From: Iphione sp. A-MEVVRFRX5
Lineage: Eukaryota
Length of the DNA stretch: 64,000 nucleotides
Direction: 5' to 3'
Assembly: GCA_976226885.1 (NCBI GenBank)
Contig: OZ320318.1
Location: 86,366,001-86,430,000 of the forward strand
Part shown: one piece after another, positions 39,167 through 50,181 of the stretch
How positions within the stretch are numbered: the stretch's first letter is position 1
Layout of the letters: each line of letters opens with the position of its first letter
Program-made: the position numbers and the translations under genes
The notes under the pieces: model-generated
What the model was told of the DNA's origin: nothing
Databases searched by the model: none
The model's input: the letters and a program-made list of their open reading frames with translations, nothing else

Positions 39167-39424
39167 GGCGACCTCAGGCGGCAAGAAACGGAGTTCTATG
39201 CCTGGATCTTCGGCGCCACCATGCTGACCTTGGGCTCTCTGACGACCTTGACGTCCTGCTTCGTCTTCTGCTTCTGCAGCGAAAAATGGCGGAAGCGACG
39301 CCAGACGAGACGCTACGACAAATCGGGTCAGTACCAGCGCGTGGACTCGGTCTCCTCCATGGTCGACTCGCACCTGGAGTCGCAGGAGCACCAGGAGCAG
39401 ATGGACAGCGTCACCATCATTTGA
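39167..39424 (+). CDS. Terminal coding exon: transmembrane helix plus short cytoplasmic tail of a type I membrane protein
   Basis: Branch-point-like AACTAAT and acceptor TTTTCACTCCAG|GGC (phase 0); GC-rich codons; FYAWIFGATMLTLGSLTTLTSCFVFCFC followed by KWRKRRQTRR (positive-inside rule); ends DSVTII-TGA; AATAAA at 39928-39933. Joining to the 16373-17247 exon is an inference from phase compatibility. Confidence 0.8.
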   Translation, partial: GDLRRQETEFYAWIFGATMLTLGSLTTLTSCFVFCFCSEKWRKRRQTRRYDKSGQYQRVDSVSSMVDSHLESQEHQEQMDSVTII

Positions 39425-42400
39425 CCCGAGGCCAGCTCACTTCGACCCGGAAGTGAACAGATGGAACTCTTCACGTCGAACATCCGCTGGTAGCAGTAGC
39501 TCGTAAACCCAGCGAGGGCGCACCGTGGCAGAACCAAGGGACTACGTTAATGTATATTTAACAAAAACAGTTCGACGTCATTTTTTAAAAGATGGATCCA
39601 ACATGGCTCCTTACTCAAGACACCCACCTCCCACATCTCGACACTTTTAGTGTATATATATGCCCTTCCGCCAATGTCGACGGGCTTTGAAGACTGTTAC
39701 GACCAGCGAATTCCATTTTTGTACAATTTGAAACATTTTCCTGCGGCCTCCGCTTGCAAATTGTGCCCATTGATGGCGACATATTGGACGATACCAACCG
39801 CGCTAGCCACTTAAGTGTGTCGGACATGCAGGTTATACTGTTCGGAATATCTGAACGTTACATGGTTTCCTACTTTTCCAAGAGAAGGTTGAGAAAAATC
39901 CAAACGAATGTCGTTTGGACGAGACCGAATAAAAAAATGACAGGAAACCAATAACACAGACAAAATAATAACACTTTATAAACAGCAAGAGGACCCCTGG
40001 TTAAGGCACGAAAGGGAAATGAAGGAAAGGTATGTTATAAAGAATCGCTACGGTTTGAGAAAGGTAATGTAAATACGAACTATTATCAGGTGCAAGAGGG
40101 TAGTCAAATTGTATTTTTTTCTCCGAATGGGATACCCTCCAGTTACACAGCGAACGGGGACGTCTGTACGTTGACAAATATTATGCAAATTACGGGTTGA
40201 AACTTAAGAAGCTTGATGATCAGCCTCAGTTTTCTTCGTGCTCATTTTACCCCCCAAACCCCGCCCCCCCCCGTCCTTCCCCCCCCCCCCCTGCCCTCCA
40301 TTTCTACCATAATGATAATCCCCCCTCCCTCCCTCCTTACGCCTGCGCAGACCGTCTTTGCTATGGTTCCGTCAATGAGGATCAGCCCTTCTGTGAATTA
40401 GAAGGAGAAACTTTTCCCCGACGCGGTTTGAACAGAGGAATGTTTTTATTTTCTCCATTGAAAGTGGAACTTCCCAAACTGGCATGACCAACACTTTAAA
40501 GGATTCCTATCTGTTTCGCTATCAAGGAGTTTTGCATCACTCGAAATATGACCTCATCCCCCCCTTACTTTTCGTTAAAAACGTTCAAGGCACACACATC
40601 ATTTATAGCCTTGAAACCGTTTCCCCGGCTGAGTTCGTCCTACCGACAAAAATTCAGCTCACACGCTGAGTATTGTTGACAGTTTCGTCAATGGTTCCCA
40701 TCTTGAATTTCTGTCTATCGAAACTCCTTTGGTTTCGCTTCATTGATTGAAAGTTCACGCGTTTAAAGTCGTTTAAATCAGTCTGACAACTGACCTCCCT
40801 GCAATAGGAGAGGTCTGGCCCTGGTATTTTGATTATGACACATGAGCAACGTTTTCCTCTGCCACTCTGGTTTGAAAGCACATTCGCACCAGCACGCTCT
40901 TGTATAATAAAATGGTGTTTATACCTGCCGTTGCAACTGAACACAGGGGAGAGTTTATTTTTGTGAGTGTTCTGAATCACGGTACGGTAGAATTGTACCG
41001 AGGAATATAACTAGTGAGATTATAAAACGAACAAACAGACTACTAAGTCTAACTATTCCAGCTTATGCACCCAATGATGCAGTTCCAGATTTCCGTTTGC
41101 ACGTTAGTATGTACATATGGCAACTGTTGTTATGACGGAAGACCTGTTTCTTTTCTCATCTAAATAAACCTGTTAAACTTTCTTGCAATATCCCTTCAAA
41201 CGAATGATTGAATACTTCATCGTGGAGGCGTGCAACTCTCAATAGATCCATTGATATATAATTTCTAGGAAACCTATTTCCTTTTATTGTGTTTTGATCT
41301 ATTATTCATGCCTAAACTGTCTTTAATTGCATACGACTGCATTCACGCTTGCAATTAGCGCACAAATCACGATGGTGTATGCTGTGTATATAAAAGTTAC
41401 ATAGTATGGGCATTTAAAGCTTGTAAAAAGACCCCCATAGCTGTGTTCAACTCTTTCTTAAATAACTATAATTCCTTAATAAATATTGCCGAAACATGGA
41501 ATGAAAAAAACTGTTGATTGATATTCGTTGCAAATAAAGTCTATCTTTCAGAAATCCTCCACTCTACATTTGAAGAAAGACTTGTATAAAACAGTGGGAA
41601 AACTAGAATAAAAGGGACTTTTCTCTCATTTTGGAGAGCTTTAAGGTATCAGTATGATCAACGTCGTGAGAATACGATTGAATGAATCAGATCTTGTCAA
41701 GTAGACCTGACGAATTTCAAATTACATCATTGTTGATTAAAACAAATGTACTGTATAACTCCAGGAGAGCCTTGGAACCATCACCATGGTGACAGGCACC
41801 GACGCCATTTTGAACGGCTGCCAATCGAGGCTCGCCACTGTAAATAAAACCCAATGTTTGATGAAGCTGGCTCCTTCGTCTTTTGTGAAAGGGTAGATGT
41901 TAAAAGATAGGACGCAATATTGCGGTGAATGAGCATCAGTGTGTGTGTATGTGCGTGTGTATGCTTATACGGAGTACGTAGATTGTAAGATGGATATCGT
42001 AAAGATTTCGAGACATATTTGAATCCAGATTACTGAAAAGTCCACAATGCAGAGGGGTTTAAAACACCACTTCCATGGCGTAGTAGCACTTTGTTCAATG
42101 GCGGACGTAAGACGCTGAACGGAAGAAAAATGGCCAAGAAAAATTAGGAGACTCCCGACATGCACGGCGCGCCATCCTTCTTCCTGTAGCGCCTGCGCAG
42201 TTACAGCTGGAGAGCAGAGCAAATGCTGTGCAGACGCCTCGGGCCTTTACAACATCTCGAGAAAGCCGAGGAGGAGACGGTAAATATTTGCACTGTCCCT
42301 CTGCCCCTGCGAAGGCGAGAAAAGCCTATCAGATATTGCACGTGCGAGCGTTTGGTTGGCAAGCAATTGTGACATCATAAATGACCTTTAGACTTTCACT

Positions 42401-43071
42401 GAGAGACATAGTTTCTGCGCTCCTCGACCGAGATGTACGTTAAAAATAACTCTATTCTTTTTTTTCCTACAAACTGATTATATCTCAGTATTTAAACGCT
42501 TTTGTTTATATATTACATGTATCTCCATCTCTCTCCTATCTCTTTCCCACCCTCGCTCCTCTCTCTTCTTTCAATCTCTTCCTCTCTTTCCTCTCCCTTT
42601 TCCTCTCTCTCTGTCTCTCTCTCTTCTTCTCTCTTCTCTCCTTTCCATCCCTCTCCTCCCTCTCTCTCTTCCTCTCTCCAAGAGGGTGGAGATGTGTAAA
42701 TTACCATCGCCTCCGGAACACGAATATTTCAACAGAAATTTACTGCTACACCTGATGGCGCTAAATGGTTTTTAAATCAATTACGCTATGGCACGTAGCT
42801 GCCTTTAAGCGCAGTTTAAGGAGAGTAACGATTCGGGCCCAACAGATTATCACACAGTCCAACCAGGCTAAGAACGTCCTGTATTTCCTAGATTAGCGTA
42901 GTCCAATGCCTATTTGCGACCACACCAATTTGCGACCATTCTGGTTATTACAACTATTTGAGCTTGGAAAGGATCATGATTGCTATATTAACAATTACTG
43001 ATTTGCGACCATTCTCGCTGATACGACCAATTGACCTCGGATCCTAGTGGAGGTAACATTGGCAGAAAGTA

Positions 43072-43142
43072 CAGTCAAACTTCACTTAAGGGGACACGAT
43101 TGGTTCCCAGTGAAAATGTCCCCGTTTCATGAGGTGTCCCCG
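43072..43142 (+). mobile_element. Solo Tc1/mariner (pogo-like) MITE end
   Basis: TA|CAGTCAAACTTCACTTAAGGGGACAC...AATGTCCCC...GGTGTCCCC; no partner end found. TTGCGACC motifs related to the 20844 MITE lie at ~42915-43015. Confidence 0.35.
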
Positions 43143-43494
43143 GCTCCTAAAGATAAAAAAAGTACTATATATAAAAGGCTTGATTCTAGTGAACTCAGTC
43201 CCCATTGCCTTAGCCATCCTAAGTTGTAAGGTTCTACCGTATCACTTCAGTCATAATTATTCTGTAGTGATATATGAAGGCGGTTAGATATGTAGTGAGA
43301 TTTTCAAGATGCGCACAGCAACCATTTTTTCACCCATGGAAGTTATGAAGAACTATCGGACTAGTACGGTAATGTAATTTTTCCAGGGCCTTCATGTGCT
43401 GATAGTGAGCAAATATTATAAGGCGTGGTTCACATGTATCATGATGAAAAATATGTCCCCATGTGCAGACGCAGATGACCCCCCCCCCTGCAGA

Positions 43495-43730
43495 GATTGT
43501 ATGTAAATTGCCTCCATATGGTCACAAGATATATTTTACTATTGGCTCCTATGGCATCCATCTCCAGACATGGAGAAAACCCATCCCCGATGGTTTGAGA
43601 TATGCACCCATTTGCAGACACAGTCTGTACATATGTGAATACCTACAATAGTCAAGCAGGGCTGCAAACATATGTGGCCCCGTGTGTGGACATGGAACAG
43701 AAAAATCCACATATATGTGAACAGTGCCGA
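43495..43730 (+). pseudogene. Degenerate C2H2 zinc-finger-like remnant
   Basis: Frameshifted linker-like motifs: CAT CTC CAG ACA TGG AGA AAA CCC (HLQT..GEKP after an indel) and CAT GGA ACA GAA AAA (t) CCA CAT ATA TGT GAA CAG TGC (HGTEKPHICEQC after a 1-nt indel). Metal ligands are partly lost. Confidence 0.3.
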
Positions 43731-46700
43731 ACCCAACCTCAAGTCCAAATGCCAAAAATCAAACTCGGTGGAACTTTGCAATGTGTGTATTATCCAGGAG
43801 ACTGATACTCTTAGCACGACTTAACTGCCTGGTAACTATATCTTATCTATTTTAACATGGTCTACATCATCGGTTTTATGAATGACTATAGGTCTTCCTG
43901 ACATTTTCTGTGTGAACATAATACAAATAATACAAATACAATCTCTGCAGGGGGTTTGTCTGTGTCTGCACACGGGCACGGATTTTTCATCATGATACAT
44001 GTTAACAGTGCCTTATACTATTTGCTCCCTATCGATGATGCTACGGATAGAAATACATTTGAAAACATACTAAATCCTTGTGACAATATGTTAAATCAGT
44101 CTCAGACAGAAAATATTCTGACTGGCACTCTGACTATCAGAAAGAGAAAAAATAAACAAAGTCAGGAAGCTTTAAGTAGCTTCTGAATGATGATCATAAT
44201 TGTCATAGGTTTTCAAAATGTTAGCGGACATGTCCTTGTACATTTTAAATATTATTAGACCCTGGATATGAAACATACAGCATAGACGGAATGAACAACA
44301 TGTAGAAATAATGAAGAGGAGAACAAAGTTTTCTGAGTATTTTATCTTATTATGCATCATCCACTTTTGTAACCCAACTATCCTCCGACTACCTTTGTGT
44401 CATGAATGATTCCCACGTTACAACACTGATCTCAGGGGGTAAAAGTGATGTTTGAGAATCACCCTAGACGAATTCGGAACGGGCGGAGGAGACAAAAGGT
44501 TTAGGACGGGCAGGAGAGCAAGAGAGAGCAGGAGTGGAGAAAGAAGGAGCAATGCACATGGGATAGTTCTGTCGTAGTTCTCTTCCAACCTATATACATA
44601 TATATAGTTATAATTTATTCATTAAATGATGGAAGGAACTCTCTTCATCAGTTTTAGAGACTAACCCAATTACCACCTGATGCCACTAACTGGAACCTCC
44701 CTTTCTGCAAACACAATAAAATGCAACAGATCCAGAGCCAAATATGCTGAGAATGGACCATTTACCTCTATAATACTATATCCAAAAGCACCAGAAATAT
44801 AATCAGCTCAACAATATACAGTCGCTTCACTATGTACATGGCTGTTGTTTATTGCCTGCCAAAGTGATGTATCCTATTGACAATAACTGGCTGTAGACCT
44901 AGTAAAATTTATTTTTAGTCTACAGTAAATATGAGTCGCAATAATACTGATAGAATATCTAATTTGGACTGTTGGCCTTGTAACATTAAGCAGTAAGATG
45001 ATCAAATTGACACCACTTGCACCAATATAAATATCATGCTTATAGAAAGCTGTACAACGATATGCCTTACATAAAAACACAATTGATGCTGTGGTTATCA
45101 GTTGCTTGTTGACCTTTGTGCAATAAACATCATGAAATTTAATCTGCTAGTGGACATTCTTTATTTCGACAATGCTTCAGGGAAGCTCATTAAACAATGT
45201 ATAACTTTTTTATTGCTGTTGCCACCAAAACCTTTGCGCATTTCCTAGTTGCAGACGACATTTGGCAGCTTAGAAAAGGGTCGATTGCTTAACGTCAATG
45301 ACCTCCCAAATTGGTGACATGCTTGCCCCTGACTGCCAACCTGCCTAATATTAAAATTCTTGTAAGTTAAAATTTCTTTCGTGGATTTTATTCTAAAAGG
45401 AAAGACGCATAGACAGTGGAATGGTTAATTATTGGATCCAAATTAATCAACAGAGGGCGTGACAATTTTTCAAAGTAAGAGAGAGTGACAATTTTTCAAA
45501 GTAAGAGATGGAGTGCCGCAGTAATGGCCAGAGCCGGGCGATTAACGAAATGAATATTAAGTGAATTGGTTAAGGTGCGAGGTTGTTATGGCTTGAAATG
45601 TCTCGTTCCGGTCAGCAAAAAATAAAAGAAAATGTATTCTCTTCATAAAGATTCACTACAAAACTATTTCATTCGTGGAAGTTTTCCCGGTCGTTGCTGA
45701 TGAAAAACAGCATCGATTTTTAAAAAAAAAAAAACTTCATTTCAAGACTTGATGGAAAAATTAATTTCCATCAGTGGAATTATCAGGGAATTATTAATGT
45801 GCCACTCATGTTTGACATTTGAGGATTAACGTTCTATAAGCTGAAGCAATGTATCTTAAAGCATTACTGTGTAGATTTGATTCGAAATAGGTTTTTCTTT
45901 TTGTGTGGGGGGAGGGGTCGATATCGGAAGCAATTTTATAAGCTCTCTGCACGAATAGAAGTCGATACCGGTGCTCTCGAGGGAAACCCCTGTCAGACAG
46001 TCCGCAACACTACTTGTATGACACACCACTGTCATACAGGTCAGCGGTTCGCGTCCAAAGAAGTCCCCGTTGGCCGGTGATTTCTTTGTCCATCCCATTT
46101 TAAAGGATCAGTAGAGTTCCCTTAGCCGGTTTAACCCGGCCACATCATACGACAACCACACTAGGAGACACTGTAACTTGGCGGTAAGACTGAGCTCTGC
46201 TAAAATAACCCCAAAGCAAAGTGTGATAAATGTTGTCCAGGACCTTTCGTGGTAGCAGCAAGAAACCTCTTGGATTTAATCAGAAATCGGTCCGGCAAAG
46301 TACCCGGAAATTAATGTTAAAAATCCTGAAGGGCAATCAAAGCCGGAGAATGGATTATGAGGGATGAAGAAAATGAAAGCTAAATTAACGATTATTGCTA
46401 GATTCTTACCTAAATATAATATTTTTGATTCCGCCAAACATCTAGGTCAGCAATTTTATTCTCAGAAAGTTCCCTTCACTGAACTATCCGCCATCTAAAA
46501 TCCACAATGCAATTGATGTTGTCTCGAAGGGAAATTTCTAAATTATCATCTGGACAGTTTTAGTAATTTGAGAAGTATTCAAACAACACGAATATCAGCA
46601 TTTTTTGCGCTTCTCTAGAAGAATGTGAATCGTAGATGTTCAAATTTGCCTTAAGTTGACACTGACAATATTTGTTCAATAGACATTATTCCCATACAAA

Positions 46701-48449
46701 TACAAACAGAGTAGCAATTTAGAATTCAGGCAACCAATGCAACCAGACAGAATTGCTCCCAACTTCAAGTTGTCCTCCTACCTGAATTAACCATATCATA
46801 CAAATTAAACCATGGGGGCCAACCAAACTTGGCCTTAATCCTGAGTTGCCCTCCTAGTTGAGTTGCCCACAAGGTGAATTGCTACTGTAGAATAATCATA
46901 GTATTCCACTTTTCCCTTTGGTTAGTGCACAGTTATGAGTTGAAATGCTTCAGTATTATAGATAACATGTTCTTTTCTGTGCATTGCATGACATATGATT
47001 TGTTAGGCTGCAACAGAAAAGCCTGAAGTGACCATTAAGTGACCTATAAGCATTGCCTTACCAAGCTGTCAAGGTGAAAACCCATATCATCTAAATTGGA
47101 CAAACAGTACACACGTTTCTGGTCTGGATCGAGGGACATGCCCTGAAGTGACACCGAGACATTCTTCATACTTAACAACTGTGTCCCACGTGGAAATAAA
47201 AACAAGAATTAAATTCTATTCAACGGTGTTCAGGTTACCCAGCTACGAATCTGAGAGAGGCGATAATTTAAGATGTCAGGGGCGGGAGGGGGGGGGGCAG
47301 AACATAGAAACTGTCAACCGAGTTCATCAAGTTGAAACGGTTCTTATCAGTATGCTAATCATAAACACGATATGTCATGGGTAGAACCGTAGAGAAAATG
47401 CGTACGTGTACATGTGTATCTAAAGTTCTAAAATATCTTTAGCTGGCAGATGAAAAAATAAATATTGCTAAAATTACGTCTTATCTTTTTCATCTCGCAC
47501 ATGTTGCACTCCTCGTGCATGGGCATCTTAACTGAACAACGAAATGCTGTCAATATGGCTGACATCAGGTTTCCGGTGGGACTGACGTGCCGGGGACACG
47601 GAAGTCTCGTCCCGAAAGCACGCTATATACGAGACGTGAGCTTCTTGTCAAATAGGGATTCTAACACGCGTGCGTACTCTGCAGCAACTCTGGCTGCCTT
47701 ACGTGTTCCGTTAGCGACCGCATACGTACCACGGGAGATCCTCATACACTTCACGTATTACGTTCGCACTTTCGTGACGGCAAACTTAGGCCATCCCTTC
47801 CTTGAAGCGCGTCGGAACGGCAAGAAAATGTCAAGCCAGTATTATTTGAGTACGATTCACAAATAGAAGGACAAACATTGACATTAATCTAAATATTTAT
47901 GCTGCTGGATTGTTTTCTCTACGAGTACACGAAATAAACGTTTCCTTTAAAATGCCTATAATTGTTATTGGCTTTCTGATCAAAATGGCTGTTAGCTACA
48001 AGGTAGTTTGTTACGTTCTGAAAAATTAAGGTTATTACTGTGCACTCCCTGCTCCGGCCGTTTTGTTCCTTCTCGCCGTAATAGTTATAAATATTGAAAT
48101 GCGGGATGAGCAATTTTCAAAGTCAATTAGGAAATGGCTCCTGCCGTTCCGTGTGTAATACATTGTGATTTGATCTACGAAAATTCCAACAGGGCTTTGG
48201 TGAAGGGCTTAGAGTGTACGACTAACTTCGTCGTATTGATTAACCCGTGTATAATCGCGCACAGCATCTCATGACACTCTCTTTATTTTTCTGTCATCTT
48301 TGTGATATTATCACAGGCTTGCACACATGATTTGACGGGGACGTCAAGGCCAATGACAACACAATATTTTATCCGCTTCATCGGAAGCCGCATCCATCGA
48401 GGCAGTCGCTTCGGATGTGGAAACATTGCTATGGTCTTTAAACATCTAC

Positions 48450-49030
48450 GATCAGCCGGAAGTAATCTGGTGCGCTTGCGCAAGCCAGAACGCAAAAAAA
48501 AGCCTCTAGGCTGCCATTAGCGAAATTGGGGCTTTCCCAGCCGGAGTGGATTGTTGGCTGGGGAGGGGGGGGGGAGAAGAGAAGAACGTATTCCTGATTG
48601 GTCCCCGATACCCACGTGGTTACTCCCCACCACGTGACGCCCAGATCTCGTTGGCGTCACGTGACAATCTCCGAGACGCAAGCGCGGGGAACGACGCGGT
48701 AATGAGATCAAAGGAGCGGCGCCATAGACGCCGCGGCAAGATCAAAGAGTGAGGCTGTCACCCTGCTCCGTCCTCGCCCGCCTCCCCGATGCCGCCCAAA
48801 ATGGAGTTGTGTGTAATTAATACATCTCCGCCCGCACCTCCAGCCACCGACAAGACCGGGAATGGACAGCTTTCATCGCTTGGGGAACTTCCATATGGGC
48901 CGAGCCGTGTGTGTGCGCGTGTGTGTGTGTGTGCTTTTACCGTCCTGGCGACGTTTGTGTTTGATCCGTCCTGGCGAATATGATCTTCTGTAAGGAAGGG
49001 AGGAAAAAAGCATCCAGCGCCCTCTAGTGG
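48450..49030. promoter_or_regulatory. CpG-rich promoter/enhancer with paired TCF/LEF sites, E-boxes and CTCF site
   Basis: AGATCAAAGG 48705-48714; AGATCAAAGA 48739-48748; CACGTG three times including GTCACGTGAC at ~48656-48665; GCCGGAAGT at ~48455; GTGCGCTTGCGCA at ~48470-48482; ATTGG at ~48597; 14/14 CTCF consensus match at 49017-49030 (minus). Confidence 0.6.
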
Positions 49031-49421
49031 TCGTCCTGTTTCGGCAGGAACACATGTTTGCTAAGTGTTGAGTAGTTCTTTTTGGTTCCAGATGACACGT
49101 GGTCTGGGAAGTATAGCTAGTTAAATGGCACAAGATATGTATTTGACCCAATCAGTTCCTCGAAGTAACTTTATGGATCCAACATTTACATGGATCATCG
49201 CGACAAAACTTCTGAAGTACCTCATTATTGAAAAAGTTTGCCATTAGGTGTGTATCGAGTTACTGTTTCTTACATCATAGTTTATGTCTCGGTTAGGCTT
49301 GTGTAAGTTAGGTCTCTAGAGCTTCATGTAACTGCCAAGTACATACATGTGGCGATGAGTAAAAGTATTATGATTACGAATGAGATTGGACTCTATTCTA
49401 CCCCAATTTTCCAATGTATTA

Positions 49422-49924
49422 GGCCCGGTTTCCTTGTGTGCGGAGATTTCGTCTGGAGCACGGAGCCCGGGCTCCAGAAAAAAACCAACATATGGCTATC
49501 AACATGATTGTTTCCATGTATCCGTGTGCGTGGTCCGTGGTCCGGAGCCCAAAAACGAACCATGTTCGTTTTTTCTCTGGACCACAGATATCCACGGACC
49601 AGTAGGATACTGAAATGGTCATTTAAAGAAGGTAAAACATTGTATAACAATGTAACATATGTTAGTTGTTGTGAAATAATTTTTAAATTGCATATCATTT
49701 GCATTAAAAAACTCAATGTTTACACAGATTTGGATGGAATTCCTTCCAATCAGTGCAAAAAAAACTCAACATTTACACAGATTTGGATGGAACTCCTTCC
49801 GATCAGCACAAAAAACTCGACATTTACACAGATTTGGGCAGAATTCCTTCCGATCAGTGTAAAAAACTCGACATCTACACAGATTTGGGCGGAATTCCTT
49901 CCGATCAGCACAGAGAGGGAGAGA

Positions 49925-49987
<63 letters not shown>

Positions 49988-50181
49988 ACACACACAGACG
50001 CAAAGAGACACAGAGAGAGACAGATCTGTGCGTGGGTGTGTAGGGTGCATGTCTGTGCATAAAAATCTCTCTAAAATCCACACACAATGAAACTGGGTGT
50101 CCATGGAGGTGTGGAAAAGAGCTCATTTTCCAGACTTCACACGCAGTATGGAAAAATCTCCATGCACAAGGAAACCGGGCC
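49422..50181. mobile_element. Non-autonomous PIF/Harbinger-like MITE (760 bp)
   Basis: 17-bp TIRs GGCCCGGTTTCCTTGTG and CACAAGGAAACCGGGCC; TTA duplication at 49419-21 and 50182-84; internal 51-53-bp array (4 copies, ~49703-49910) and (GA)n tract. Confidence 0.9.

Noticed and set aside
45148-45185. VDILYFDNA resembling the LINE RT motif VDxIYLDFxKAFD
   Set aside because: The diagnostic KAFD and flanking RT motifs are absent.
47465-47866. 133-aa ORF in a CpG-rich patch
   Set aside because: No recognisable domain, TTG start, no supporting splice sites.
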